Shown: positions 29,488 through 39,915, counted from the first letter of the stretch. The stretch: 64,000 bases of DNA from Desulfatiglandales bacterium (GCA_963667015.2 CAXXJJ010000004.1:1376001-1440000); one strand, 5' to 3'. Notes: generated by a model not told the origin, from the letters alone. A program made the numbers and translations.

Positions 29488-30987
29488 CTATGATTTATTG
29501 CCATTACCTTCTTTTTTAAAATCGAGGTTTCCGCCACCGGGAGGCAGGGAATCATTGCTCTTTACCTGGATGGTAATTTTGTATCTTTTTTCCAGTTCCA
29601 CCAGCTCATTTCTTTTTTTATTCAGGATATACTCCGCTACCTCAGGCGGAAGAGTTGCTGTAACATTTGATACATTTCCCTTTACAACTCCCTTCTGTAT
29701 CCTTCTCATAAATGAGATTGCAGCCGCACCGGGTCCGATAACAATACCCCTGCCCTGGCAATGCGCACATATCTGATATGTCTTAGATTCAAGGGATGGC
29801 CGGAGTCTCTGCCTGGAAAGCTCAAGAAGGCCGAACTTGGACATGCTGGCTACATCGGTTTTCGCTCTGTCTTTTTTAAGCTCGTCACGCAGCGTTTTTT
29901 CAATGGTCCTGATGTGTTTTTTATCTTTCATATCTATAAAATCTATCACTACCAGCCCGCCAAGGTCACGCAGCCTCAGCTGTCTTGCAGCTTCCACTAC
30001 GGCTTCCTGGTTTGTACTGAAGGCCATGCTTTCCACATCTTTACTGCTTTTGGATTTGCCTGAATTAACATCTATTGAGATCAGGGCTTCTGTGGTGCCG
30101 AAAACCAGCGAGCCGCCGGACTTCAGTTTCACACGATTTACGTATATGCTCTCAATCTGTTCTTCAATCCCGTAATTGTCAAATATCGGTCGTTTTTCCT
30201 TGTACAGCTTGACCTTCCTTGAATCCCTTGGAGAAATGATCTTCATATATTCATTGATCTTGGAGTAGGTCTCCTTGTCGTCCACAATAACCTCTGAAAC
30301 CTCACTGTTGTAATAGTCTCTAAGGGTTTTGAGACAGATATCATCCTCCTTGTGTACAAGTGTATACGGCGGTATTTTGGCTATGTCCTTTTTGATATTC
30401 TTCCAGAGCCGAAGCAATCTGTTGAGATCCTTTGAAAGGTCTTTTTTATTCTGACCGGAAGCAACCGTCCTTATTATAAACCCCACTCCTTCAGGAAGCT
30501 TCATCTCCCCCATAACTGTTTTCAGGCGATTACGCTCCTCTTCACTTTCTATTTTCCTTGAAACACCGTTTGTTGTTCTCCCGGGTGTCAGGACGATATA
30601 TCTTCCTGCAAGGGAGATATAGGTACTTAAATGGGCGCCCTTTTTTCCGGGCATTTCCTTTAAAACCTCAACTAATAGTTCCTGCCCTTTTTCAATTACC
30701 TTTTCTATGGGCGGATATGGTTTATCCCTGCTGGTCTCAACGACCTCGTTGTAATATTCGGGATGGATACTGTCCAGGGGCAAAAAACCGTTTTTGTCGG
30801 AACCGAAGTTTACAAAACAGGCCTGAAGGCTGGGCTCGATACGCTCTACAACCCCCTTATAGATGTTTCCCTCCATCTGCTCGCTGCGGGAGGTGTCAAT
30901 GTGAAATCCTTCGAGCATACCGTCTGAAATAAATGCGATCCGGAGTTCTTCCTCCTCCACTGCATTAATCAACATTATTTTCTTCAT
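29488..30987 (-). CDS. Rne/Rng family ribonuclease (catalytic domain, short form)
   Basis: GNIYKGVVERIEPSLQACFV S1 domain, IDVNSG, QLRLRDLGGLVVIDFIDM, CAHCQGRG Zn-link. Confidence 0.95.
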   Translation of the reverse strand: MKKIMLINAVEEEELRIAFISDGMLEGFHIDTSRSEQMEGNIYKGVVERIEPSLQACFVNFGSDKNGFLPLDSIHPEYYNEVVETSRDKPYPPIEKVIEKGQELLVEVLKEMPGKKGAHLSTYISLAGRYIVLTPGRTTNGVSRKIESEEERNRLKTVMGEMKLPEGVGFIIRTVASGQNKKDLSKDLNRLLRLWKNIKKDIAKIPPYTLVHKEDDICLKTLRDYYNSEVSEVIVDDKETYSKINEYMKIISPRDSRKVKLYKEKRPIFDNYGIEEQIESIYVNRVKLKSGGSLVFGTTEALISIDVNSGKSKSSKDVESMAFSTNQEAVVEAARQLRLRDLGGLVVIDFIDMKDKKHIRTIEKTLRDELKKDRAKTDVASMSKFGLLELSRQRLRPSLESKTYQICAHCQGRGIVIGPGAAAISFMRRIQKGVVKGNVSNVTATLPPEVAEYILNKKRNELVELEKRYKITIQVKSNDSLPPGGGNLDFKKEGNGNKS

Positions 30988-31092
30988 AAATTTTCTCTTT
31001 TCTGTATTTTAAATATGACAGCTTTTTATAAAGCTGATTACTTTGCTAATTTTAAAGTTATTGATAATCCTAAAGCAGATTAAATGTCAACA

Positions 31093-31728
31093 TTACATAC
31101 GCCCGGGACTAATATGATACTGTTTATGGGCAGATAAAAGCAATTCTCTTATTGTGCTGACAAATTTATAAAAAGCTTCAGTTCTTTTAGCAGCTGAGAA
31201 ACAATTATTGCAATCAAACATTTTTTGCCTCAGCCCCATGGATATTTCCAGTTGAATGCCTTTTCCACACCTGCATCTGTTGCAGATATTGTGATCACAT
31301 TTACCTCTTAACCTGGTTTCTTGACTGGTTTTAATATTAAAACCAGCGCCTGCAAGTCTTTCCGATATTGCATGCCTTAGTTCCAGGTTTTTCCCGCCTG
31401 CATAAATAATATCATCTCTGTCCCTGCATCCGTGGAGAGTTATTGCAGTAACAGCCTTACCCGCCATTTCAAGGGCGGCAGGTTCGTCAAAACTTGTACT
31501 GCTTAAATGGAGAACACTGTTTCCCCTGCTTTTGATGCCCGAAAATGAATAGAACAAAAAATCCTTTCCGGCTATCTCATCAGCCAGGTCTGTTGTTCCC
31601 GGCTCAATACCTCCACCATGAGGAGCCATTACGGCTATCTCCGAATCTACATATCTGTACTGGATAATATAGTCTTTTCCTTTCTCCTCATGCTTTTTCA
31701 GTTCAGAAAATTTTTTATATTTATCCAT
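31093..31728 (-). CDS. Poly-gamma-glutamate hydrolase family protein (DUF867/PghP-like)
   Basis: APHGGGIEPGT, HLSSTSFDEP, LHG, NICNR, QLEIS motifs. Confidence 0.82.
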   Translation of the reverse strand: MDKYKKFSELKKHEEKGKDYIIQYRYVDSEIAVMAPHGGGIEPGTTDLADEIAGKDFLFYSFSGIKSRGNSVLHLSSTSFDEPAALEMAGKAVTAITLHGCRDRDDIIYAGGKNLELRHAISERLAGAGFNIKTSQETRLRGKCDHNICNRCRCGKGIQLEISMGLRQKMFDCNNCFSAAKRTEAFYKFVSTIRELLLSAHKQYHISPGRM

Positions 31729-31755
31729 ATGGCTTAAATAAAACCGGACAGCCTG

Positions 31756-32505
31756 CTATTTTCTGTTGATTACGCTTGCAGCATACCCTGCCCCAAAACC
31801 GTTATCAATGTTGACTACAGTTACTCCTGAAGCACATGAATTTAGCATACCCAGCAGTGCGGCTATACCTCCAAAACTGGCGCCATAGCCAACACTTGTG
31901 GGAACAGCTATTACCGGTTTGTCAACCAGCCCACCCACAACACTCGGAAGAGCGCCTTCCATACCTGCGACTACAATTAATACTTCTGCCTTTTCAAGGG
32001 TCTCTTTCCGGGCAAGAAGGCGATGAAGACCTGAAACCCCCACATCATTAATTATCTCAACTTCATTGCCCATAAACCCGGCTGTTATGGCGGCCTCTTC
32101 TGCAACAGGGATGTCAGAGGTTCCTGCACATATTACCAGTATAGTGCCCCGGCCTGTAATTTCTACTGCGGTTTTACTCAGTGTAAGGGCCTTTGATCTT
32201 TCATGGTATTTACTATCAGGAAATTTTTTAAGAATTTTTGCAGCCTTTTCATCAGAGAGTCTTGTAACAAGAATACGTTCATCCTTCCTGTACATCCTCT
32301 TCATAATCTCAATAATATCTTCCGGTTTTTTCCCCTCTCCAAAGATTACTTCGGGTACGCCTTTCCTGAGTTCTCTATGGTGATCGATATTCGCAATCCC
32401 GATATCCTCAAAGGGAAGATCTTTTAATTTATCTATTGCATTATCAACTGAAATTTTCTTGTCACTCAGGTCGGTCAATAATCTCTTAAGCTTTTTTTTA
32501 TCCAA
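31756..32505 (-). CDS. larB: Nickel-pincer cofactor biosynthesis protein LarB (PurE-like)
   Basis: DHHRELRKGVPEVIFGEGK, AGTSDIPVAEEA, DVGVSGLHRL, AGMEGALPSV, PTSVGYG, NIDNGFGA. Confidence 0.93.
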   Translation of the reverse strand: MDKKKLKRLLTDLSDKKISVDNAIDKLKDLPFEDIGIANIDHHRELRKGVPEVIFGEGKKPEDIIEIMKRMYRKDERILVTRLSDEKAAKILKKFPDSKYHERSKALTLSKTAVEITGRGTILVICAGTSDIPVAEEAAITAGFMGNEVEIINDVGVSGLHRLLARKETLEKAEVLIVVAGMEGALPSVVGGLVDKPVIAVPTSVGYGASFGGIAALLGMLNSCASGVTVVNIDNGFGAGYAASVINRK

Positions 32506-32722
32506 ACAGAGCCCCCTCTGATCTAATTTCCAACCTTATATAGGATATTACCTGTTCCGTATGCGCTCTCCACTGCGGTTTTAGTTATTGAGTAAGCGCC
32601 TTTCCCTACCATTAGAATGTAGTAAGATAAATTAGCATATTTTTCATATAAAATACAATAATTTCGTATAATTAATATCATATTAATATCATCTTATTAA
32701 GCAATATAGCCTACCTGAAATT

Positions 32723-32757
32723 AAAAAGCCGCTCCGGAAAATTCCGGAACGGCTTTT
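32723..32757 (-). terminator. Second intrinsic terminator downstream of fhs
   Basis: AAAAGCCGCTCCGGAA..TTCCGGAACGGCTTTT hairpin with A/T flanks. Confidence 0.8.
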
Positions 32758-32798
32758 AATATTAGTACTTTTATTTCGAAACAGTACAAAAATGAAAA

Positions 32799-32829
32799 AA
32801 TATCCGGAAACAGAATGTTTCCGGATATT
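32799..32829 (-). terminator. First intrinsic terminator downstream of fhs
   Basis: AATATCCGGAAACA-GAA-TGTTTCCGGATATT perfect hairpin; T run on the minus strand. Confidence 0.85.
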
Positions 32830-32838
32830 AAAAGCGAT

Positions 32839-34614
32839 TTAGAATACGCCTTCAACCTTACCTGTTTCAACATCAACATCAATACGCCTGAAAGCCGGGT
32901 TTGAGCTTGTTCCGGGCATGAGTGATATTGTACCGGCAACAGGAACGATAAATCCTGCACCACCATATGTGAGAACTTCGCGTACAGTGAGTCTCCAGCC
33001 CTTTGGTACACCTTTAATTGCAGGATTGTCGGAAAGTGAAAGGTGGGTTTTAACCATACAGAGACCGAGTTTTGAGAGTTCAGGATCATCCTGGATTCTC
33101 TTGAGCTGTGCCTGTGCTTCACCTGAGAAATCAACACCATCAGCTCCATATACCTCTGTGGCAACCTTTTCAATTCTCTCTTTAACAGGCATGTCAAGTT
33201 CATAGAGGAATTTAAAATTGGTCTTTTCTTCACATGCTTCAACAACCGCATCTGCGAACTCAAGAGCACCGTCGCCGCCCTTTTCCCAGTGACGGGATAC
33301 TGCAACCTTGGCGCCGGCAGATTCTGCCATTTCGCGGACTTTCTTGATTTCATTGTCTGTATCTGTATAGAAGGCATTGATACATACAACCGGGCTGATT
33401 CCGGCCTTTTTAACATTATTAATGTGGTGGATAAGGTTTTCACAACCCTTTTCTACCCAGCCAACATTTTCACCTGAGTATTCTTCAGGCATTGCCTTAC
33501 CGGGAACAGGAACAGGTGCGCCGCCGTGGCACTTGAGAGCCCTGATTGTAGCTACAACGACTGCTGCATCAGGAGTCATACCGCTGAAACGACATTTCAG
33601 GTTCCAGAATTTTTCAAAACCGATGTCAGCACCAAAACCTGATTCGGTTACATGGTAGTCAGCCAGCTTAAGGCCGACCTGGTCAGCAATGATTGAGCTC
33701 TGTCCAATAGCGATATTGGCGAAAGGTCCTGCATGAACAAGAACAGGCTGGCCTTCCAGTGTCTGCATCAGGTTAGGATTAAGGGCATTAACCATCCATG
33801 CGGTCATTGCACCGGCGACTTCCAGGTCTTCTGTTGTAATAGCTTTACCCTTCTTGTCATAGGCAACAACTATTTTACCCATACGTTCGCGCATGTCTTT
33901 AAGGCTTGTGGCAACAGCAAGAATAGCCATAACTTCTGAAGAAACTGCGATTCCAAATTTTGACTTCATCATGAAACCGTCACGTTTGCCGTTAACGCCG
34001 TCAATACCGATTATGATATTTCTTAGAGCCTGGCAGCAGTAGTCTATGATCCATCCCATTTCTACGTTTGTGGGGTCAATATCCAGACGGGGCATCTTTG
34101 AAAGTCTTAAAAGCTGTTCGTCTGTATAGTTTCTTTCATGCTGCAGACGTGAAGTAAGAGCAACCATTGCCAGGTTATGTGCATTCATGATTGCATTGAT
34201 ATCACCTGTGAAACCAAGTGAGAACTCGGTAAGTGGAATACACTGAGCAAGACCGCCACCAGCTGCCGAACCCTTGATATTCATTGTAGGTCCGCCTGAG
34301 GGCTGACGGATAGCTGCTGATACGCTTTTTCCTCTTTTTCCAAGACCTTCAACAAGGCCCATTGTTGAGGTTGATTTTCCTTCGCCAAGAGGTGTGGGAG
34401 TAATGGCTGTAACATCAATATATTTACCGTTTGGTTTGTCACCCAGCCTGTCAAGTACTGCCCTGTAATCTACCTTTCCAAAGTAATGCCCCTGAGGTAG
34501 AAGCTCATCCTTTGTAAGACCAAAGGTCTCAGCAATCTCATAAACAGTCTTCATGTCCTTTTCTGCATCCTGGGCAATTTCCCAATCAGCATGTTTGGTT
34601 GGATCTAATGCCAT
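32839..34614 (-). CDS. fhs: Formate--tetrahydrofolate ligase
   Basis: [53 protein letters not shown]. Confidence 0.98.
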   Translation of the reverse strand: MALDPTKHADWEIAQDAEKDMKTVYEIAETFGLTKDELLPQGHYFGKVDYRAVLDRLGDKPNGKYIDVTAITPTPLGEGKSTSTMGLVEGLGKRGKSVSAAIRQPSGGPTMNIKGSAAGGGLAQCIPLTEFSLGFTGDINAIMNAHNLAMVALTSRLQHERNYTDEQLLRLSKMPRLDIDPTNVEMGWIIDYCCQALRNIIIGIDGVNGKRDGFMMKSKFGIAVSSEVMAILAVATSLKDMRERMGKIVVAYDKKGKAITTEDLEVAGAMTAWMVNALNPNLMQTLEGQPVLVHAGPFANIAIGQSSIIADQVGLKLADYHVTESGFGADIGFEKFWNLKCRFSGMTPDAAVVVATIRALKCHGGAPVPVPGKAMPEEYSGENVGWVEKGCENLIHHINNVKKAGISPVVCINAFYTDTDNEIKKVREMAESAGAKVAVSRHWEKGGDGALEFADAVVEACEEKTNFKFLYELDMPVKERIEKVATEVYGADGVDFSGEAQAQLKRIQDDPELSKLGLCMVKTHLSLSDNPAIKGVPKGWRLTVREVLTYGGAGFIVPVAGTISLMPGTSSNPAFRRIDVDVETGKVEGVF

Positions 34615-34832
34615 AATTGTTTTGCTCCTTTCATTTTTTTACTCATATGTGAGTCATAATGGGTTGTTACTACACCGAAAATACGGCTATTAAATTTCAA
34701 GCTATCGCATAAAAGCGTAAAAACCTTATTCAGAAATAAAAATTTTCCTATAAATACAGATTGATGCCCTATGAATCAAGCAAAATTTTGGTTTTTCTGC
34801 TGTCAAAACAGCATTTTCGACAATATTCAAGA

Positions 34833-35675
34833 TTACACTCTTGAAATTTCAAGGCTCAGGTCAACAGCCTTTACCGAATGGGTCAAGGCTCCGATCGAGA
34901 TCATATCCACTCCGGTGGCGGCAACTTCTTTAATATTTTCAAGGGTTATTCCCCCTGAAGCCTCCAGAAGCGCCCTTCCTGCAACAAAATTTACCGCTTC
35001 TTTCATAAGGTCAGGAGACATATTATCAAGCAGAATAATATCTGCCCCCGCCTCTATTGCCGTTTTTACCCCTTTAAGGTCCTCCACCTCCACTTCCACC
35101 TTGATTCCATGGGGAGCATTTTTTCTGGCCGCCTCGACCGCTTTTTCAATTGACCCCGCAACGGCTATATGATTATCCTTGATAAGGACACCGTCAAAAA
35201 GACCAAACCTGTGATTTCTGCCTCCGCCCATGGGAACGGAATATTTATCCAGCAGCCTTAAGCCCGGAATGGTTTTTCTTGTATCCAGGATTTTAACCTT
35301 TCCAGGACCTGCTTCTGCGACATATTTACTCGTAAGGGTTGCAATACCGCTCATTCTCTGCATCAGGTTGAGGGCGGTTCTTTCGGCCTTTAAAATAGAG
35401 GCCATGGAACCGCTTATACTGCATATGATTTCTCCCTTTGAAGCTTTCTGACCATCCTCAAAGTAAGTCTCAAATGTAACAGCCGGATCAAGTATGGAAA
35501 AAACCCTCATGAATACAGGAAGCCCTGCAACTACTATATCTTCCCTTGTCTCCAGCACAGCTTTACCGATAATATCGTGGCCGATTATCGCATCTGTGGT
35601 CAGATCCCCGAGGCCCAGGTCTTCTTCCAGGGCATTTGTTATTATTTTATCCAGCAGGATAGAATTTTTAATCAT
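34833..35675 (-). CDS. nadC: Nicotinate-nucleotide pyrophosphorylase (quinolinate phosphoribosyltransferase)
   Basis: EEDLGLGDLTT, ERTALN, DTRKTIPGLR, NHRFGL, KDNH, LLDNM, EASGGI. ATG at 35675 overlaps the valS stop. Confidence 0.97.
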   Translation of the reverse strand: MIKNSILLDKIITNALEEDLGLGDLTTDAIIGHDIIGKAVLETREDIVVAGLPVFMRVFSILDPAVTFETYFEDGQKASKGEIICSISGSMASILKAERTALNLMQRMSGIATLTSKYVAEAGPGKVKILDTRKTIPGLRLLDKYSVPMGGGRNHRFGLFDGVLIKDNHIAVAGSIEKAVEAARKNAPHGIKVEVEVEDLKGVKTAIEAGADIILLDNMSPDLMKEAVNFVAGRALLEASGGITLENIKEVAATGVDMISIGALTHSVKAVDLSLEISRV

Positions 35676-38319
35676 CCATACCCTCAAAAAAGGAAAGATT
35701 TTCTTTCAGTTTATCCAGCTGGGTCTGTAACAGGGCAACCTTTTCCTTTACTTTCTCAATTACATCCTCTGGCGCCTTATCAAGAAACCCCCTGTTGGAG
35801 AGCTTCTTTTCTGACCCGTCTATTTCCTTTTGAACCTTGGCCATTTCCTTGTTTATGCGTCTTTTTTCTTCATTTAAATCAATAAGCCCCTTAAGGAGAA
35901 CATGAATCTGGTTGCCTTCAAAAACCGATGTCACAGATGCATCCGGTTTTGCCAGCTCTTTTTCGATCTCAGCATTTTCAACCCTCGCCAGACTTTTAAC
36001 ATAGCAGAGATTATCCAGTATAACCTGACGTTGTGCATCATCGGGCATTTCAACATGAATATCCATCTTTTTGGACGGATGAACGTTCATTTCTCCGCGG
36101 ATATTTCTTATGCCGTTAACTACACCCATAAATGCTGCCATATCGGTAACAGCAGATGGATCACTAATATAATCGGACAGGACCGGAAAATCAGCCTTCA
36201 TAATGCTCCCTTCCGCTCCCGGCAGCCTGCTCCAGATCTCCTCTGTTATAAAGGGCATAAAAGGATGCAGTATCCTGAGTATACCGGACAGAAGTTCTTT
36301 GAGAGTACACCTGACAGAAAGGTTTAATTTCTCATCATCACTGTAGAGCCATTCCTTTGCCATTTCAAGATACCAGTCGCAGAACTCATGCCACACAAAC
36401 TGGTAGGCAAGCCCTGCGGCATCATTGAAACGGTATTCATCAAGTGCAGTCGACACATCCCTGCTTACTTCGCCAAGGCGTGTCAATATCCATTTATCGG
36501 CAAGAGAAAGTGCTCTGGTGTTTTCACCTTCTTTCTCATCTCCCTTAAGATTGGTAAGAACAAGTCTTGCAGAATTCCAGATTTTGTTAGCAAAGTGCCT
36601 GTACCCCTCTATTCTTTCTTCCGAAAGCTTGATATCCCTGCCCTGTGCCGCAAAGGCCGCAAGGGTATACCTGAAGGAATCCGTGCCGTACTGGTCAATT
36701 ACGATAAGGGGGTCGATAACATTCCCCTTTGACTTGCTCATCTTTTTACCCTCTGCATCCCTTACAAGGGCGTGTATATATACATCCGAGAATGGAATAT
36801 CCTCCATGAAATGGAGCCCCATCATCATCATTCTGGCAACCCAGAAAAACAGTATGTCAAATCCGGTAACCAGCGCAGAGGTCGGGTAGAAAATATTCAG
36901 AGCTTCGGTATTGTCCGGCCAGCCAAGCGTTGAAAATGGCCATAGGGCAGAACTGAACCATGTATCAAGGACATCGGTTTCCTGCCTGATATCAGCGCTT
37001 TTACATGAAGAGCATTCGGTCGGAATTTCCTTTGAAACTGTAATCTCACCGCATTCATCGCAGTACCATGCAGGGATGCGGTGCCCCCACCATATCTGCC
37101 TTGATATGCACCAGTCCCTTATATTGTTCATCCAGTCAAAATAGACATTTTCCCATGTTTCGGGCATTATCTTTGTTTTGCCTGATTTGACTGCATCTAT
37201 GGCCTTTTCTGCAAGGGGTTCCGTTTTGACGAACCACTGTTTTGAAAGCAGTGGTTCTATCATGGTCTTGCAGCGATAGCAGTGACCGGTGGCATGCCTG
37301 TAGGGTTCCTTTTTTTCGAGCAGGCCGTCTTTTTCAAGGTCTTCCAGTATCCTTTCACGGCATTCAAACCTGTCCATCCCCTGGTATTTGCCGGCCAGCT
37401 CATTCATCCGGCCTTCTTCGTCAATAACCTTGACACGCTCAAGACCGTGTGTGTTTCCTACATTAAAGTCATTGGCATCATGGGCAGGAGTAATTTTAAG
37501 GGCACCTGTACCAAACTCCCTGTCAACATACCTGTCAAATATCACCGGGATTGACTTCCCAACAACAGGCAGAATAACGTGGTCGTCCGGGAGATCCGAA
37601 TATCTTTCATCTTCAGGGTTAACGGCTACAGCAGTATCACCCAGCAGTGTCTCCGGCCTTGTGGTTGCCACTACCAGGTATCTGTCACTGTTTTCGAATC
37701 TGTAGCGAAGGTGATAAAGAAAACTGTCGCGGTCCTCGTGTTCCACTTCAAGATCCGCAAGGGCGGTATGACATCTCGGGCACCAGTTTATAATGTAGTC
37801 ACCACGGTATATAAGACCTTCTTCATAGAGCCTTATAAAGACCTCCTTTACCGCCCTTGAAAGGCCCTCATCCATGGTAAATCTTTCTCTGCTCCAGTCA
37901 CAGGAACTGCCTAGCTTTTTAAGCTGGTTGATTATCATGCCCCCGTATTTTTCACGCCACTCCCAGACAAGTTCTATGAATTTTTCTCTGCCGACATCAT
38001 GCCGGCTTATGTTTTTTTTCATAAGGTCTTTTTCAACAACATTCTGTGTTGCTATTCCTGCATGGTCAGTGCCGGGCTGCCAGAGAACGTTAAACCCCTT
38101 CATCCTCTTGTATCTACATAAAATATCCTGAAGGGTATTGTTAAGGGCATGCCCCATGTGCAGCGTACCAGTGACATTTGGAGGAGGAATAACTATACAG
38201 AACGGTTCTTTTTCAGAAGGTACTTCGGCCTTAAAAAGCTCTTTTTCCAACCAGTATTCGTACCACTTATCTTCTACTTCCTTAGGCTCATAACCTTTTG
38301 CCATTGTTTCTTCAGGCAT
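35668..38319 (-). CDS. valS: Valine--tRNA ligase
   Basis: PPPNVTGTLHMGHA (HIGH), DWCISRQIWWGH, KMSKS, C-terminal coiled coil. Confidence 0.99.
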   Translation of the reverse strand: MPEETMAKGYEPKEVEDKWYEYWLEKELFKAEVPSEKEPFCIVIPPPNVTGTLHMGHALNNTLQDILCRYKRMKGFNVLWQPGTDHAGIATQNVVEKDLMKKNISRHDVGREKFIELVWEWREKYGGMIINQLKKLGSSCDWSRERFTMDEGLSRAVKEVFIRLYEEGLIYRGDYIINWCPRCHTALADLEVEHEDRDSFLYHLRYRFENSDRYLVVATTRPETLLGDTAVAVNPEDERYSDLPDDHVILPVVGKSIPVIFDRYVDREFGTGALKITPAHDANDFNVGNTHGLERVKVIDEEGRMNELAGKYQGMDRFECRERILEDLEKDGLLEKKEPYRHATGHCYRCKTMIEPLLSKQWFVKTEPLAEKAIDAVKSGKTKIMPETWENVYFDWMNNIRDWCISRQIWWGHRIPAWYCDECGEITVSKEIPTECSSCKSADIRQETDVLDTWFSSALWPFSTLGWPDNTEALNIFYPTSALVTGFDILFFWVARMMMMGLHFMEDIPFSDVYIHALVRDAEGKKMSKSKGNVIDPLIVIDQYGTDSFRYTLAAFAAQGRDIKLSEERIEGYRHFANKIWNSARLVLTNLKGDEKEGENTRALSLADKWILTRLGEVSRDVSTALDEYRFNDAAGLAYQFVWHEFCDWYLEMAKEWLYSDDEKLNLSVRCTLKELLSGILRILHPFMPFITEEIWSRLPGAEGSIMKADFPVLSDYISDPSAVTDMAAFMGVVNGIRNIRGEMNVHPSKKMDIHVEMPDDAQRQVILDNLCYVKSLARVENAEIEKELAKPDASVTSVFEGNQIHVLLKGLIDLNEEKRRINKEMAKVQKEIDGSEKKLSNRGFLDKAPEDVIEKVKEKVALLQTQLDKLKENLSFFEGMDD

Positions 38320-38360
38320 TATAAAACTCCTGCATTCTAATTATATAAACTATAGTTGAT

Positions 38361-38395
38361 AAAAAAGGGGTCGCGACAGCAGCAACCCCCTTTTT
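38361..38395 (-). terminator. Intrinsic terminator between the acidic-protein gene and valS
   Basis: Minus strand GGGGTTGC-7 nt-GCGACCCC-TTTTTT. Confidence 0.8.
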
Positions 38396-38421
38396 GATAT
38401 AATAAAATTCAGTATTAAAAA

Positions 38422-39915
38422 TTATTCTGAATCAGATTCAAGGCTTTTCCTTAAACTGTCAATAGCTTCAGTGATTACTCTCTCGGCGACTTCTGTAAAC
38501 ACTTCTCTTGCAACCTTTTCTACCACCTCTCCGACAACATTTCGTACTATTTCCTCAACCTTTTCCTCGGATATTACAGGCACAGGAGGAGCTACTGAGG
38601 GGATATTCTCAACCGCCTCTTCAACAGAGGAAAGAGATTCTCCAGCATCAGGTTCTATCTCGGTATCTGTCTCATCAATGAGATCTTCATCGGATGGTGC
38701 TGAAATCTCTTCGACCGTGCTGACCTCTTCTGCCATTTCAGCGGAAAAATCATCAGAGACAGCACCCTCTTCATCAGGAACACTTCCTTCGGCTTCAGGA
38801 ATTTCCGAAAATAAATCCTCCGCGGTTTCAATGTCTTCAAGTGCATCATCGCCTGCATCGGAAACTTCATTAACAGCATCAGGCTGAACTTCATCAATAA
38901 TCGGTTCCCGGATATCCTCGGAATCGATTCCACTGTCACCGGTCTCTTCCTCAAAATCACTTTCTGAAAAAAGATCTTCAAGTGATTCTTCCATCAAAGG
39001 GGCTTCATCGGATGCAGTCAAGCCTTCGTCATAGCTCTCAACAAGGTCCTCTGTATCCAATTCCGGTGTTGATTCAATTTCTGAATCATTCTCAACCGAT
39101 TCTTCCATAACATTCTCGGACAAAAGATCTTCAAGTGATTCGTCGTCAAGTTGAATATCATCTATCTCTTCATCAGTTGTTTCACTCTGGAGATCGCCTT
39201 CCCAGAGAGCTTCTTCCTCTGATTCATCATCAGAAGAAACTATAGCCTTATTAAGCTCATTATCTAGTTCATCAAGAATTTCGTCGTCAGCACCTAAAAA
39301 ATCGTCATCAGATATTTCCTCTAAACCAAGGTCGCCAAGCAGGTCATCACGACCTTCAACAATTGTCGATTCCAGGCTTTCATTATCGGACGCGTCTTCC
39401 TGACTGGGTTCAGTACTTTCATCAAGAATATCTTCCATCTGAAGATCTAATCCTTCAGCATCAGCCAGATCTTCCAGTTCAGATGCATCAAGAAGTTCTT
39501 CGAGAGCGTTATCGGTGCTCTCGCTCTCCTCCGGTTCAAGGCCCAAATCACCCAGAGCGTCATCTGCAAAAAGCCGGTCAAGCTCATCAACAGAGGCTGG
39601 TTCAGAACTCTCACCCAGTTCAGGCGTATCCGAATCCTGCAGCAGATCATCAATATCAATATCTGATACTGAAAGGTCCATCGTACCGTCATCAGATAAC
39701 GCGGTTAAATCTTCTGTCTGATCATCCATGTTGTCATCTATCCCCAGAAGATCCTCATCACCCTGTTCCAGGAGATCAATGAGCTCTATAATATCTTCAT
39801 CAGGTTCTTCATTGACAGGCCCATCTATTTCATCCCCAGACAGCTCATCAAGACTAATATTCAGTAAATCATCATCGTCGATTTGATCATCAAACAGATT
39901 ATCATCCTTGTCCAT
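38422..39915 (-). CDS. Hyperacidic, probably disordered protein with a RomR-C-like C-terminal helix (candidate polar scaffold)
   Basis: About one third D/E by eye with almost no K/R over ~450 aa; C-terminus ISEEKVEEIVRNVVGEVVEKVAREVFTEVAERVITEAIDSL; immediately upstream of valS. Confidence 0.7.
   Translation of the reverse strand: MDKDDNLFDDQIDDDDLLNISLDELSGDEIDGPVNEEPDEDIIELIDLLEQGDEDLLGIDDNMDDQTEDLTALSDDGTMDLSVSDIDIDDLLQDSDTPELGESSEPASVDELDRLFADDALGDLGLEPEESESTDNALEELLDASELEDLADAEGLDLQMEDILDESTEPSQEDASDNESLESTIVEGRDDLLGDLGLEEISDDDFLGADDEILDELDNELNKAIVSSDDESEEEALWEGDLQSETTDEEIDDIQLDDESLEDLLSENVMEESVENDSEIESTPELDTEDLVESYDEGLTASDEAPLMEESLEDLFSESDFEEETGDSGIDSEDIREPIIDEVQPDAVNEVSDAGDDALEDIETAEDLFSEIPEAEGSVPDEEGAVSDDFSAEMAEEVSTVEEISAPSDEDLIDETDTEIEPDAGESLSSVEEAVENIPSVAPPVPVISEEKVEEIVRNVVGEVVEKVAREVFTEVAERVITEAIDSLRKSLESDSE

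Noticed and set aside
32721..33443. 240-aa ORF on the minus strand overlapping fhs in another frame
   Set aside because: Alternate-frame shadow of a conserved gene; no motifs, and it runs through the fhs terminators.
34615..34832. Possible ZTP or THF riboswitch upstream of fhs
   Set aside because: No conserved aptamer motifs or expression platform seen; only a short ACTCA-TATG-TGAGT palindrome.
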